NCBI GenBank assembly: GCA_050013255.1
Contig: JBEKFP010000002.1
Coordinates: forward strand, 256,001 to 320,000
Direction: 5' to 3'
Length of the DNA stretch: 64,000 nt
Origin: Candidatus Bathyarchaeia archaeon
GTDB lineage: Archaea > Thermoproteota > Bathyarchaeia > 40CM-2-53-6
The translations under genes were made by a program, and so were the position numbers. Below the pieces are notes generated by a model, which was given only the letters and a program-made list of their open reading frames with translations, had not been told where the DNA came from and searched no databases. Below, in pieces: positions 51,324 to 62,022 of this stretch (position 1 is its first letter; each line of letters opens with the position of its first letter).

Positions 51324-51665
51324 TTAGTTTTCCCTTGGTGTGTCGAGCTGGAGTGTCTTCCAATCATTGATGAAGTTGTAGGCCAAGTAGATCATTGAAA
51401 GCATGAAGAGGGTTCCAAGAACGTCGTCGATAGGGGTATTCGACGGGAGGAAATCTATCGCAATTAATGCTTGTGTGGAAAAATACAGGAGCAATAAGAT
51501 CGCTACTAGGCGAGCACGCTTCATAGTTTTGGCAAGAAGACCGCTCTTGAAGTAGTTCACGCCATAGGCTGCCATTCCAAGAACCAGGATCGAGAGGCCA
51601 ACATTCACTGACGAGAAGAGCAAGCCGACAGGGTCATGCATTTTCCGGTTCCTCCTCTTTGGCAA
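51324..51665 (-). CDS. Three-TM hypothetical membrane protein
   Basis: Three hydrophobic helices; GAGGAGG precedes an internal ATG (~51641). Confidence 0.65.
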   Translation of the reverse strand: MPKRRNRKMHDPVGLLFSSVNVGLSILVLGMAAYGVNYFKSGLLAKTMKRARLVAILLLLYFSTQALIAIDFLPSNTPIDDVLGTLFMLSMIYLAYNFINDWKTLQLDTPREN

Positions 51666-52382
51666 GCTCTCTCTTCACTACTCTCTCAAGTGTAGCCAAA
51701 ACTATCTCGCCTAACGTCCCTTTGATAACCCGCTTCCAGATTCGCAACTCACGCTCTGAATCGGGAGAAGTCAAAATTAAGCTGAGACAAGAATGAGATT
51801 GTGATACTACTAAACCTTACTTTGACTCAACTCGCCTTGCTCTTCATTTCGTTTTCTAGATTCGAACTAGAATGGTCTATGCTGACAGGAGGGTAATATT
51901 GAGAGAGTGCTCGGCCTACTTATGCCTCAATTCTCGATTCCGGTTGAGTGCCTTCGAGTAGGGTTACCTTCTCGACCTTCCATCTACGCCAAAAGGGATT
52001 CGTTCGAAGTTCATGAAGTATAGCTTCGCGCAACGCTTTCTCTTGGTCGTTGTCTTCTGGTTTGATGAGTGTTATGATTGCAATCTCGCTCGTGATGTAC
52101 CGCCCTAGTTTGTACCGGTTTCCAGAGAATATATGGCTTTGGCTGAACGGAGATTACTTACCATTTTTTTTACCAATTTCTTACCAATTTTAGGTATGAT
52201 CGTCCAGTTGTTCCTTCCCCTAACCCGCATTTCTTGACTGCCAACCCTGGCTAGATTTTGACAGCTAAGTATCGAGGGGAGGCCCGCGGATTGTGTTTCG
52301 CGTTCCAAACAGTTTTGTCTTACTGTGTTGAGCATGGTTAATTTTGTGGGTCATGTTTTCCCAATAGGTGAGGCGTTGGCCT

Positions 52383-53426
52383 TTGGGTTTCAACCTTTCC
52401 CCGCTCGTTGTTAAGCGGCAGCTGAGGTTGGATGACCTGAAGGGTCGGAGTCTCGCCGTTGACGCCAACAATATGCTCTACCAATTCCTTGCGCTGATTC
52501 GTATGCGGGATGGGAGGCCGTTCACTGACTCGAAGGGACACGTTACCTCGCACTTGGTTGGTTTGCTTCTTCGCACCACTCGTCTGATGGCGGATTATGG
52601 GATACGGCCAGTGTTTGTTTTCGACGGCAAGCCACCCGCGCTGAAGATGCGAACTCTGGAGGCGAGGCGTCAGTATAGGGAGAAGGCGCGGAAGGAGTGG
52701 GAGGTTGCAGTGCAATCCGGCGACTTCTCATCAGCCTGGTCAAAAGCAACAAGAATGAACTCGTTGACCCAACCAATGCAAGAGGATACTAGGAAAATGC
52801 TGGGCCTTCTCGGCGTTCCTTACGTTCAAGCGCCGGAAGAAGGTGAAGCCCAAGCAGCTCACATGGCGGGGAGGCGGGATGTTTGGGCGGCCAACAGCAG
52901 GGACTATGATTCCGTCCTCTTTGGCTCACCGCGACTTGTACGCTACGTGACGATATCTGGGCAGGAATTCTTGCCGAGCAAAGGAATCGGCCGCCCACTT
53001 ATCCCAGAATTAATCGAACTTCAACAGCTCTTGACGGCGCTTGGAATAAGCCGAGAGCAACTGATTGACCTAGCCATCCTAGTGGGAACAGACTTCAATC
53101 AAGGAATTCATGGGGTCGGACCCAAGACAGCCTTGAAACTCATCAAGGAACACGTAAAACTGGAGGAGTTGCCGGAGCGATTCAAGAGTCAGCTACCGGA
53201 TAACATTCAGGAGTTACGCACAATCTTCCTCAAACCCACCGTAACTAAAGATTACGAGATTCGATTCAAGGGACTGGACGAGAGAGGTCTTCGAAAGTTT
53301 CTCTGCGAAGAACGGGGGTTTTCGACGGGCAGAGTCGACCTTGCAATTGTCCGGATGCAGGAATTTTACGCCCGAGACCGATCAACTCTCCAAAGCTGGC
53401 TAGGCGGCGATCGAGGAGGGAATTAG
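52383..53426 (+). CDS. fen: Flap endonuclease FEN-1
   Basis: TTG start (MGFNL), VDANN, YQFL, FDGKPP, EGEAQAA, GTDFN, C-terminal PIP-box-like STLQSWL. Confidence 0.95.
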   Translation: MGFNLSPLVVKRQLRLDDLKGRSLAVDANNMLYQFLALIRMRDGRPFTDSKGHVTSHLVGLLLRTTRLMADYGIRPVFVFDGKPPALKMRTLEARRQYREKARKEWEVAVQSGDFSSAWSKATRMNSLTQPMQEDTRKMLGLLGVPYVQAPEEGEAQAAHMAGRRDVWAANSRDYDSVLFGSPRLVRYVTISGQEFLPSKGIGRPLIPELIELQQLLTALGISREQLIDLAILVGTDFNQGIHGVGPKTALKLIKEHVKLEELPERFKSQLPDNIQELRTIFLKPTVTKDYEIRFKGLDERGLRKFLCEERGFSTGRVDLAIVRMQEFYARDRSTLQSWLGGDRGGN

Positions 53427-55025
53427 TTGGGGACGGAGACTTCCTTCAATCAGTTTACGGAGGTCTGCAAAGCGTTGGAGTCGACGACGAAGAGGACCGA
53501 GAAGGTGCTTTACTTAGTCAAGTTCCTAAAATCTCTAAGCCGCGAAGAATTGGCGCCAGCCGTGTCTTTCATCGTAGGCCGGCCCTTTCAGGAGTCCGAT
53601 GAACGAGTACTCGATATCGGAGGACGAACGCTTTGGAAAATCAACCGCGGAAGCGGCCAGGCCGCCCTGGTTCCGAAAGCTGTGACGATACTCGAAGTTT
53701 ACAGAACCTTCGAGAAGGTGGCGACCGCAACTGGGCCGGGTTCGCGGCAAAAAAAAGAGATGCTAATTGGCACGATGTTAAGCCGGCTTCCTAACACAGA
53801 CGCCGAGTATTTGATGCGAATCATATTCGGAGAGATGCGCATAGGCGCCGTTGAGGGCGTTGTCTTGGACGCTATAGCGCAAGCCGCATCCACTAACCCT
53901 GACCAAGTTCGAAGGGCGAACATGCTCATGGGCAACATAGCCCAGGTTGCAGAATTGGCGCTCACAAAAGGCCCTGAAGCAATCGACAAAGTTGGCGTCA
54001 CCCTGTTCGTTCCCATCAAACCCATGCTAGCCGAAATGGCGGAAGGTATCGACGAAGTCTTCAAAGAACACGGACGCACTAGCGCCTTTGAATTCAAGTA
54101 TGACGGCGCCCGCGTACAAATCCACCGCAAAGCAGACGCGATTCGAATTTTCAGCAGAAGGCTAACCGACGTCACAGGGAGCCTGCCGGACATAGTCGAG
54201 CTTGCAAGGGAACGAGTTCGCAGCCAGGAGTTCCTCATTGAAGGTGAAGTTGTTGCAATCGGCCAGAACCAGAAGCCCCTCCCCTTTCAGGATTTAATGC
54301 GGCGGTTCAGACGCGTACACGAAGTTGACGTGATGCTGGAGGAAATCCCGTTGAAACTCTTCCTATTCGACGTCATCTATCTTGACGGAAACCTCATGAT
54401 CGATACCCCTTACGAGAAGAGGTGGGACATACTCCGAGGCATAGTCGATGAGGAACTACTCGCAACAAGGATTGTTACCGAAGACTTGGGTGAGGCCGAG
54501 AAGCTTATGCGAGCTTCAATTGAGGCTGGCCATGAGGGCCTGATGGCGAAGGACCTCAAGAGCAACTACACGCCTGGGGTCAGGGGTAAAAAGTGGTTCA
54601 AGATCAAATCTGCCGAAACGCTAGATGTTGTCATTGTGGCTGCGGATTGGGGTTCGGGGCGGAGGCGGGGCTGGTTGAGTAATTACCATCTCGCCGTTCG
54701 GGACGAGGCGTCGGGAGAGTTTCTAGTGGTCGGCAAGACCTTCAAAGGCCTCACCGACGAAGAATTCGTTGACATTACGAAGAGATTGCAAGCGTTGAAG
54801 ACTCGGGAAACAGACTACACGGTGCATGTCAAGCCGTCGATTGTCGTTGAAGTGGCCTTCAACGAGATTCAACGAAGCCCACACTACAAATCCGGCTTCG
54901 CACTTCGCTTTGCCAGAATCCAACGTTTCAGGGAAGATAAACGGGTTGGGGATGCGGATTCGCTTCAGAGGCTATCGAAGCTCTACCAGGACCAGTTCAG
55001 GTTCAAAGCTACCGCCGACTTCTGA
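53427..55025 (+). CDS. lig: ATP-dependent DNA ligase
   Basis: EFKYDGAR, EGEVV, FDVIY, EGLMAK, WFKIK, ALRFARI. Confidence 0.95.
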   Translation: MGTETSFNQFTEVCKALESTTKRTEKVLYLVKFLKSLSREELAPAVSFIVGRPFQESDERVLDIGGRTLWKINRGSGQAALVPKAVTILEVYRTFEKVATATGPGSRQKKEMLIGTMLSRLPNTDAEYLMRIIFGEMRIGAVEGVVLDAIAQAASTNPDQVRRANMLMGNIAQVAELALTKGPEAIDKVGVTLFVPIKPMLAEMAEGIDEVFKEHGRTSAFEFKYDGARVQIHRKADAIRIFSRRLTDVTGSLPDIVELARERVRSQEFLIEGEVVAIGQNQKPLPFQDLMRRFRRVHEVDVMLEEIPLKLFLFDVIYLDGNLMIDTPYEKRWDILRGIVDEELLATRIVTEDLGEAEKLMRASIEAGHEGLMAKDLKSNYTPGVRGKKWFKIKSAETLDVVIVAADWGSGRRRGWLSNYHLAVRDEASGEFLVVGKTFKGLTDEEFVDITKRLQALKTRETDYTVHVKPSIVVEVAFNEIQRSPHYKSGFALRFARIQRFREDKRVGDADSLQRLSKLYQDQFRFKATADF

Positions 55026-55098
55026 GGTGTCCCACACCTTACCTTTGGGTGTGGTACAACTAGGGTGTGTTACCCATGAAGATTAGGTGTGAAACAGA

Positions 55099-55782
55099 TT
55101 GAAGGTTGCAGCGTTATTCAGTGGCGGTAAAGACAGCGCATTCGCGCTCTGGTGCACTCAAATGCAAGGCTGGGATGTGGAAAGCCTCGTCACCGTCCTC
55201 CCCGAATCCCAAGAATCCTGGATGTTCCACTTCCCAGGCCTAAAATGGACCAAACTTCAAGCCGAAGCGATCGGCCTACCCCAAACAGTCATCACGACCA
55301 AAGGAGAAAAAGAACAGGAACTGAGCGACCTAACTGCCGGCCTTGACAAACTCAAGAAATCCCTCGGCATTGACACCGTGGTTTCAGGCGCCGTGGCGAG
55401 CGAGTATCAGCGAACTCGAATCGACAACGTGTGCGAGAAACTCGGCCTGAAGAGCATCGCACCACTATGGCATAAGAACCAAGAGCAACTTGTCCGAGAA
55501 CAAATAGAATCCGGGTTTCAGATCATAATAACCGCGTGCAACGCACTCGGACTTGAGGAAAAGTGGTTGGGGAAGAAACTTGAAGCCTCAGACTTAGCCG
55601 AGTTGGTCGCGCTCAGGAAAAAATACGGCCTGAACGTTGCCTTCGAGGGCGGAGAAGCAGAAACCTTCGTCCTAGCCGGACCAATGTTCAAAACGCCTCT
55701 AAACGTCGTTCGGTCCACGGCGCATTGGCGTGGCGACTCGGGCTACTTGGAATTAGAGGAAGTTCAATTGGGTTCGCGGTGA
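55099..55782 (+). CDS. Diphthine--ammonia ligase (Dph6-like)
   Basis: PP-loop SGGKDS, SWMFH, SEYQRTR, FEGGEAET. Confidence 0.9.
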   Translation: MKVAALFSGGKDSAFALWCTQMQGWDVESLVTVLPESQESWMFHFPGLKWTKLQAEAIGLPQTVITTKGEKEQELSDLTAGLDKLKKSLGIDTVVSGAVASEYQRTRIDNVCEKLGLKSIAPLWHKNQEQLVREQIESGFQIIITACNALGLEEKWLGKKLEASDLAELVALRKKYGLNVAFEGGEAETFVLAGPMFKTPLNVVRSTAHWRGDSGYLELEEVQLGSR

Positions 55783-55788
55783 AGGTTC

Positions 55789-57099
55789 TCAGTCATGAAC
55801 GAGCTGCGTTGCAAGCTCACGTGTCTTAGCAACGATTTCCTCCACATCAATCGATTTTACCTGTCTATTCTCCATGAGAACATGGCCGTCCACAATCGTG
55901 GTGTCAACGTTTGCGGCGGAGGCTGAGTACACTAGGTCCGAGACAATGGTTTCCTGCCCGTAGACTGGGTTCATGTTAGGCGCCTTTGCATCGACTAGAA
56001 TGATGTCTGCTCTCTTTCCTATTTCTAGGCTGCCGATTTCGCGTTCCACTCCCATGGCCTTCGCCCCTTGAATCGTGGCTAAGTCAAGCACGGTCTGTGC
56101 GTTCAGAACCGTAGGGTCCCACCTGTGCGCCTTATGCAGCAGGGCGCAAACCTTCATCGTTTCAAACATATCCAACGTATTGTTGCTCGCTGCTCCATCA
56201 GTCCCCAATCCGACGGGGACGCCGGCCTCAAACATCTCTGGCAACGGGGCGACTCCGCCGCTTGCGAGTTTCATATTTGAGACAGGGCAGTGCGCAACCC
56301 CGACGCCCGCCTTTGCGAGTAAGCCTACTTCGCGTTTTGTCAGCCAAGCGCAGTGAGCCGCGAGCATCTTCTTAGACAAAGCACCAATCTTGTCCAAGTA
56401 TTCAACGACGCGCATCCCGTGCTGTTGCTGTGAGTCTGCTTGCTCCTTCCGGGTCTCAGCTACGTGGACGTGGTCGATTACGTCGTTTTTCTCCGCAAAT
56501 TCCTTCGCCCATAGCAGAGTCTCAGCGGAGCATGTGTATGGTGAGTGTGGGCCGAGGGCGAAGCTTATTCGCGGGTTTCCGAGGCCTTTGATGTAATCGA
56601 AGAACTTCCTAGTTTTCTCCTGTTCCATTCGCGCTTTCGCGGGATCCATTAGGTCAATGATGCCGTAGGAGAGGAAGCCTCGCAGGCCCGATTTAGCCAC
56701 GGCTCTGGCGACATCGTCCATGTGGAAGTACATGTCCACGAAACTTGTTGTTCCGGATAGGATCATCTCCGCCGAGCCCAATAGGGCACCGTAGTAGCAG
56801 GCTTCGCCAGTCAGCTTAGCTTCGAGGGGCCAAATCTTCTTCTGCAACCAATCCTGGAGCAGCATGTCATCCGCGTACCCCCGAAACATGGTCATCGAAA
56901 GATGGGTATGCGTGTTAATTAGGCCGGGAAGGGCGATTCCCCCACGCCCATCTATTTCAGAATCAGCTGGGCTTTTGAGGTTCTTCCCCATCTGCTTGAT
57001 CTCTCCGTCCTGGATGAAAATGGATGCGTCCCGCAACACCTCGCGTTTCTCATCCTGCGTCACAATCCAGTCGCAGTTCTTGATCAGGAGCGATGGCAT
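55789..57099 (-). CDS. mtaD: 5'-methylthioadenosine/S-adenosylhomocysteine deaminase-type amidohydrolase
   Basis: PGLINTHTH, RGYADD, PHSPYT, HVAET, SNMKLASG, GTDGAASNN; near ahcY. Confidence 0.85.
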   Translation of the reverse strand: MPSLLIKNCDWIVTQDEKREVLRDASIFIQDGEIKQMGKNLKSPADSEIDGRGGIALPGLINTHTHLSMTMFRGYADDMLLQDWLQKKIWPLEAKLTGEACYYGALLGSAEMILSGTTSFVDMYFHMDDVARAVAKSGLRGFLSYGIIDLMDPAKARMEQEKTRKFFDYIKGLGNPRISFALGPHSPYTCSAETLLWAKEFAEKNDVIDHVHVAETRKEQADSQQQHGMRVVEYLDKIGALSKKMLAAHCAWLTKREVGLLAKAGVGVAHCPVSNMKLASGGVAPLPEMFEAGVPVGLGTDGAASNNTLDMFETMKVCALLHKAHRWDPTVLNAQTVLDLATIQGAKAMGVEREIGSLEIGKRADIILVDAKAPNMNPVYGQETIVSDLVYSASAANVDTTIVDGHVLMENRQVKSIDVEEIVAKTRELATQLVHD

Positions 57100-57146
57100 A
57101 GGCCGTACGGCTGTAGGATTGAGTCGGTCGAGTTAAAAGCCACGCG

Positions 57147-58037
57147 TTAAACGAGCGAAGCTACTGCAAAGCCACATGCCATTAGGGTGATTGTTGAGAG
57201 AATGAAAAGGACGTTTGACCCCAGCGCTGGGACTAAGTCGCGTGTCCGGTTGTAGTTTTCCAAAGTAAGTCGGCCAGCTTTGTACGCTATGGGTAAGCTC
57301 AAGAGCGAAACAAGTACTGGAAATGGCGCGGCACCGACGGCGACAGCAAGTATGATTGAAGCGTAAGTTGCTGCTTGGCCTGTTACGTATAGCCAAGCCG
57401 AGCCTCGTTTTCCCAACAGTATTACAATATGCCGCCTACCCCCAACTCTATCGACTTCTGCGTCCGGGAACTCGTTGAGGAACAGGAGCAACGCGACGAG
57501 AATTGTGATTGGGATCAGTATGGCGATGCCTACGGCGTCGATTAAACCGGTCTGCGTAACGTAAACTCCTAAACCCATGAGCCCGAAACCGGAGCCAGCG
57601 ACAACTTCGCTCACGGCGGGGACGCGAGAAAGAATTGGCGTGTAGAAGACGATTATAATCGCTCCGTAGACAATTAGGGGGAGAAGCACGTTGAATAACC
57701 GTACCAAGAAGTAGACTCCAATCAGGGCAGCACAGATTATGGTGAACAGGCACACCGTAAGTGCTTCCGAGGGTTTCATCATGCCCTTGACGAGTATGTC
57801 GACCCCGCCGCTGAACGGTGTCTTGGGAGTTTTCGCGTCGATTTTGGAGCGGTAGTCGAAGTAATTGTTGAAAGCGTTCACAGACGCGTGCGTCAGCAGA
57901 GCTCCTACCATGACGAGGGCAGCGTCAATCGGAAGGATGCTTCGGTGCGAATAGAAGGCGGCCGCTAGGCCGGCGAGCACGATGACGATGGTTAATGGGA
58001 GGAAGTTTGCTCGAGTTATTGAAACTAGGTTGCCCAA
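57147..58037 (-). CDS. UbiA/MenA family prenyltransferase
   Basis: NNYFDY...D, TPFSGG, NEFPDAEVD. Confidence 0.88.
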   Translation of the reverse strand: MGNLVSITRANFLPLTIVIVLAGLAAAFYSHRSILPIDAALVMVGALLTHASVNAFNNYFDYRSKIDAKTPKTPFSGGVDILVKGMMKPSEALTVCLFTIICAALIGVYFLVRLFNVLLPLIVYGAIIIVFYTPILSRVPAVSEVVAGSGFGLMGLGVYVTQTGLIDAVGIAILIPITILVALLLFLNEFPDAEVDRVGGRRHIVILLGKRGSAWLYVTGQAATYASIILAVAVGAAPFPVLVSLLSLPIAYKAGRLTLENYNRTRDLVPALGSNVLFILSTITLMACGFAVASLV

Positions 58038-58128
58038 AGGCTGTCTTCCAGCTCGCTACACCCGGAGGCAATCTTAACTGTTTTAACTTACGCGGCTACA
58101 TTCCACGGCCGGAAGGAACGTTTAGCTC

Positions 58129-59370
58129 ATGAGCAAAGTCAAAGATCCATTGTTGGCCCCTCAGGGCCAGTTGAAAATTGAATGGGCACGTACGCATATG
58201 CCCGTTCTCGAGCGGATCCGCACGCGGTTTGAGAAGGAAAAGCCGTTTCGCGGGTTGTCCATCGCGATGTGTATGCACCTAGAAATGAAAACCGCAGTGC
58301 TTGGCCAGACCATGGCTGCTGGTGGAGCTTCGGTCGCAATCACTGGGAGCAACCCACTCTCAACACAAGACGATGTTGCCGCAGCCCTAGCGAACTCAGG
58401 TGTTAACGTGTACGCGTGGCATGGAGTAACGGCCGACGAGCACCGCGAAAACCTGCTTAGAGTTCTCAACCACAAGCCGCACTTGATAATCGATGATGGG
58501 GCCGAGCTTTCCGTGGCAGTTCACACTAACAAGAAGGAGCTGTTCGGGCACGTGATTGGAGCTTGTGAGGAAACCACTACGGGTGTTCACCGGTACAACG
58601 CGTTGGAGAGGGATGGGTTACTCAGGTATCCCGTGATTGCGGTGAACGACGCTTTCACAAAGTACCTGTTCGACAGCCAATACGGAACTGGCCAGTCCGC
58701 TCTGGAAGGAGTGATGCGGGCGACGAACATGCTGATCGCCGGAAAAACCTTGGTCGTTGGTGGCTACGGTTGGGTGGGACGCGGGATCGCCTTGAGGGCG
58801 AAAGGCCTCGGCGCAAAAGTCGTTGTCACTGAAGTTGACCCCGTTAGGGCTTTGGAGGCGGCGATGGAAGGCTACCAAGTAATGCCAATGGACGATGCCG
58901 CTAAGATCGGGGACATATTCATCACAGCTACCGGCGTCAAATCAATCATAACCAAACGACACTTCGACAAAATGAAAGACGGCGCAATCATGGCGAACTC
59001 AGGGCACTATGATGTCGAAATCGAAGTGAAGGAACTCCGCGACACTGCAACCTCAGTACGTCCCGCGAGGCAGCACGTGGAAGAATTCAAAATGAAGGAC
59101 GGTAAGCGGCTCTACCTATTAGCCGAGGGACGCTTGGTGAACCTGGCTGCGGCAGACGGTCACCCAGCCGAAGTCATGGATATGAGCTTCGCAGACCAAG
59201 CACTAGCCGCAGAGCATCTAGTCAAGAACAAGGGCAAGCTGCAACCAAAAGTCTACAGAATGCCACTCGAAATCGACAAAGAAGTCGCCAGAATTTGGCT
59301 TGAAAGCCACGGCCTAAAGATCGACAACCTCACCGGAGAACAAACGAAGTACCTCTCGTCATGGGAGTAA
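58129..59370 (+). CDS. ahcY: Adenosylhomocysteinase
   Basis: [37 protein letters not shown]. Confidence 0.96.
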   Translation: MSKVKDPLLAPQGQLKIEWARTHMPVLERIRTRFEKEKPFRGLSIAMCMHLEMKTAVLGQTMAAGGASVAITGSNPLSTQDDVAAALANSGVNVYAWHGVTADEHRENLLRVLNHKPHLIIDDGAELSVAVHTNKKELFGHVIGACEETTTGVHRYNALERDGLLRYPVIAVNDAFTKYLFDSQYGTGQSALEGVMRATNMLIAGKTLVVGGYGWVGRGIALRAKGLGAKVVVTEVDPVRALEAAMEGYQVMPMDDAAKIGDIFITATGVKSIITKRHFDKMKDGAIMANSGHYDVEIEVKELRDTATSVRPARQHVEEFKMKDGKRLYLLAEGRLVNLAAADGHPAEVMDMSFADQALAAEHLVKNKGKLQPKVYRMPLEIDKEVARIWLESHGLKIDNLTGEQTKYLSSWE

Positions 59371-59372
59371 AC

Positions 59373-59657
59373 TCAACCGAGTATCTTCCTAACGACGTGT
59401 TTCGTCGGAGCATTCAGCATGCGCGCTAGGGACATCAATCGGTCGCTACGTGCGACGATTGTGACGACGGGCGCGCTAAACATATAGTACAACTTCAGAA
59501 AATTCAACGCAAAATCAGACCTTATCTTGCTAATCCGGCGGAAGTCTCTCTGAGCCCATAGTTCAGTCCTCAAGCGCATTTGCGCGTAACCTTCCGCTCG
59601 TGAATTCATCTCGCGCAGCCAACTAACACGCGCCCGCCGACCTTCGTTCAAGGGCAA
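59373..59657 (-). CDS. Small hypothetical protein (C-terminus resembles CFI-box-CTERM tails)
   Basis: RD...FLKLYYMFSAPV...LAR pattern; collinear with xpf. Confidence 0.4.
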   Translation of the reverse strand: MPLNEGRRARVSWLREMNSRAEGYAQMRLRTELWAQRDFRRISKIRSDFALNFLKLYYMFSAPVVTIVARSDRLMSLARMLNAPTKHVVRKILG

Positions 59658-59681
59658 ACCCTCCGCGTCCTCATGCAGGCT

Positions 59682-60356
59682 TCAAGCAAGTTTTGCTTGC
59701 TTCGTCGAGCTTTGGCCATATCCTGCGTCTAGCAATTCCTGAATCTTCGCCGCTCGGGCGTACCCAATTCCGCCCTTGAGCGCCAATTCTGATCGGGATG
59801 CACGGAAGACATTGCGAACTGAGCCGAATGATTCGAGCAGCTTCTCCCCCATCTTCGGGCCAATTGTTGGTAAACTCCCGAGGAGGGATAATTGCCAGTC
59901 TTTGGTCGTCTCCATCCTGGGTTTCTGGACAATCAAAGGCAAGGCTCCAGCCTTTCCACGGAACCTTCTCACAAGTACCTCCAAAAGGTCGGCGGTTTGT
60001 TCTCGGTCCAATGTGAAGAGGATTTTGAAATCGAAATTCATCGCCAGAGTCAGCAATGTGCCCCAATAGACTCTAGGGTTTTGAAGATCCGCCAACACCT
60101 CCTGAATATCCCCCTCCACGACAAGCAAGTAGTCTTTGTAGGAGCGGGAGATGCGTTGGGCCTGTTCGAACAGCCTGCCTCTGTATAGGGAGGCTATGAA
60201 GTCGTGCACCGTCTTCCTCTCAACCGCATAGGAAGAAACTATGTAATCCCCTATATCGAGGGCTTTCATCTGAACGTACAGGCCTCTCTTCCGCAAGATC
60301 TCCGGGATTCCCGACGCGGCTTCCCGGCTGTCTACTACGATCCTAGCGAATGGCAT
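59682..60356 (-). CDS. xpf: ERCC4/XPF nuclease, short (crenarchaeal-type) form
   Basis: VDSRE, GDY, VERK, GRLFEQ, HhH LPTIGPK. Confidence 0.9.
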   Translation of the reverse strand: MPFARIVVDSREAASGIPEILRKRGLYVQMKALDIGDYIVSSYAVERKTVHDFIASLYRGRLFEQAQRISRSYKDYLLVVEGDIQEVLADLQNPRVYWGTLLTLAMNFDFKILFTLDREQTADLLEVLVRRFRGKAGALPLIVQKPRMETTKDWQLSLLGSLPTIGPKMGEKLLESFGSVRNVFRASRSELALKGGIGYARAAKIQELLDAGYGQSSTKQAKLA

Positions 60357-60389
60357 CTTTGACCCAACCTGTAGAGAATGGGTTGGGGC

Positions 60390-61166
60390 TTAGAAAAGTC
60401 GTGGTATTTGGATGGGGATTACTATGTTCGGCAACGGGACTTTGAAGTATACGTACAGGGCCAAGCCTACGCCCATGAATGTTGCGAGAATAACGAGGTA
60501 ATCCGCTGCCCGCATTTTCAGTGTCACAATAGGGGTTCTTTTTTCAGTCGCACCGAAAGCCCGAGACTCCAAAGCCTCGGCCAGCTCTACGCTTCTCCTG
60601 ATGGCGGAGATTATGAGGGGAATCAGGATTGGGACGTAGTTTCGAATGCGTTTCATGAAATTCCCCTTGTCAAGTTCCAGCCCCCTAGAACGCTGAGCAT
60701 CAACAACGGTTTGGGCGTCCACCGCCATAGTAGGCACTAGTCGCACGGCGGTTGTGAAAGTGAATGAAATTGAGTAGGGCACGTGTATCTGTTCAAGCGC
60801 GAGCCCTAAGTCGTCAGCAGATGTTGTCATGAAGAAGAAGGAGAAAGCGGACATTATCGCGAGGAATCGAATTGCGAAGGCCAACGCAGTTACTATTGGC
60901 GTTAAGAAAATCACGTTCATCACGAATATGAAGACGAACAAGTATAGCCCGCCTCGCAGCGAGCGAAGCCAACGTTTTCCACTCTTGGCCAGAAGAATAC
61001 CTGGGACTTGTGCGAAGAAAATCACTAGTAGCGCAATGATGTTTGTGAACATTAGGGCCGCACCGAAGAAGCCGAGTGTCAGGATGAATTTGGCTCTGGG
61101 GTCAAGCCTGTGAATGGGGCTGTCCATTCTCGTGAACTTGAATCCTTCCACGAACCTCAAAGACAA
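60390..61166 (-). CDS. ecfT: ECF transporter T component
   Basis: SPIHRLDPR, AQRSRG, ALESRAF. Confidence 0.92.
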   Translation of the reverse strand: MSLRFVEGFKFTRMDSPIHRLDPRAKFILTLGFFGAALMFTNIIALLVIFFAQVPGILLAKSGKRWLRSLRGGLYLFVFIFVMNVIFLTPIVTALAFAIRFLAIMSAFSFFFMTTSADDLGLALEQIHVPYSISFTFTTAVRLVPTMAVDAQTVVDAQRSRGLELDKGNFMKRIRNYVPILIPLIISAIRRSVELAEALESRAFGATEKRTPIVTLKMRAADYLVILATFMGVGLALYVYFKVPLPNIVIPIQIPRLF

Positions 61167-61173
61167 CCTGCTT

Positions 61174-62022
61174 TCACCGCCTCTGGGCTGGCGCCCGCGT
61201 CTCCAGTTTTCCCTTCAATTTCCCTGAGAGAAACCCTCTGGCAGAATACGCGTCTATAATGTTAGGTGGAGGGTTGAGGTCCTTTAGGTTCTTCATCAGG
61301 GAGGCAATTTGCGGCAAAACTAGGGATGCTTGCTGGACCACTTGTTCGTTCGTTAGGATTTGGGTCGCCGGTCCGTCCGCAATGATTTTTCCTCGAGATA
61401 GCAGAACTACTCGGGGTTTGCATTCCGCCACAAACTCAACATCATGTGTCACTATGACCACGGTCTTTCCTTGGGATATGATTTGAACGATGAAGTTGCG
61501 CAGGTGGTCCTTCTGTAAGTAATCTTGGCCAATGGTCGGTTCATCCATCACCACATGCTTCGGGTCCCAGGCAAGTACCGCGGCTAGGGCAACGCGTTTC
61601 CGTTCTCCGCCGCTAAGAACAAAGGGCGAGGACTTTTCGTACCGGTTCAGGTCCAGGGTGGTGAGTAGGCTGGTAACTCTCTTCTGGATAGTGTCTTCCT
61701 TAAAGCCGAAGTTCCTAAGTGAGAAGGCCAATTCCTCGGCCACGGTCTCAGCGAACAATTGGTGGTCGGGGTTTTGAAATATGAGGCCCACGTCCCTTGA
61801 AAGCTGCGCAACCGATTTCTCCCGTGTGTTAACTCCGTCAACGAGCACGGCTCCTTCCGTGGGTTTTAGGAGGCCGTTGAACATCTTGACCAGCGTTGTC
61901 TTTCCCGCACCGTTCTCTCCCATTATCGCAACGAATTCGCCATCTTTGATCTGTAGGTTGACGTTCTGAAGAACTTCCGATCCGGTCGTGTAGTGGAAGC
62001 TGACGTTTTCGGTTGAAATCAT
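61174..62022 (-). CDS. ecfA: ECF transporter ATPase
   Basis: GENGAGKT, FQNPDHQ, LSGGE, DEPT. Confidence 0.92.
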   Translation of the reverse strand: MISTENVSFHYTTGSEVLQNVNLQIKDGEFVAIMGENGAGKTTLVKMFNGLLKPTEGAVLVDGVNTREKSVAQLSRDVGLIFQNPDHQLFAETVAEELAFSLRNFGFKEDTIQKRVTSLLTTLDLNRYEKSSPFVLSGGERKRVALAAVLAWDPKHVVMDEPTIGQDYLQKDHLRNFIVQIISQGKTVVIVTHDVEFVAECKPRVVLLSRGKIIADGPATQILTNEQVVQQASLVLPQIASLMKNLKDLNPPPNIIDAYSARGFLSGKLKGKLETRAPAQRR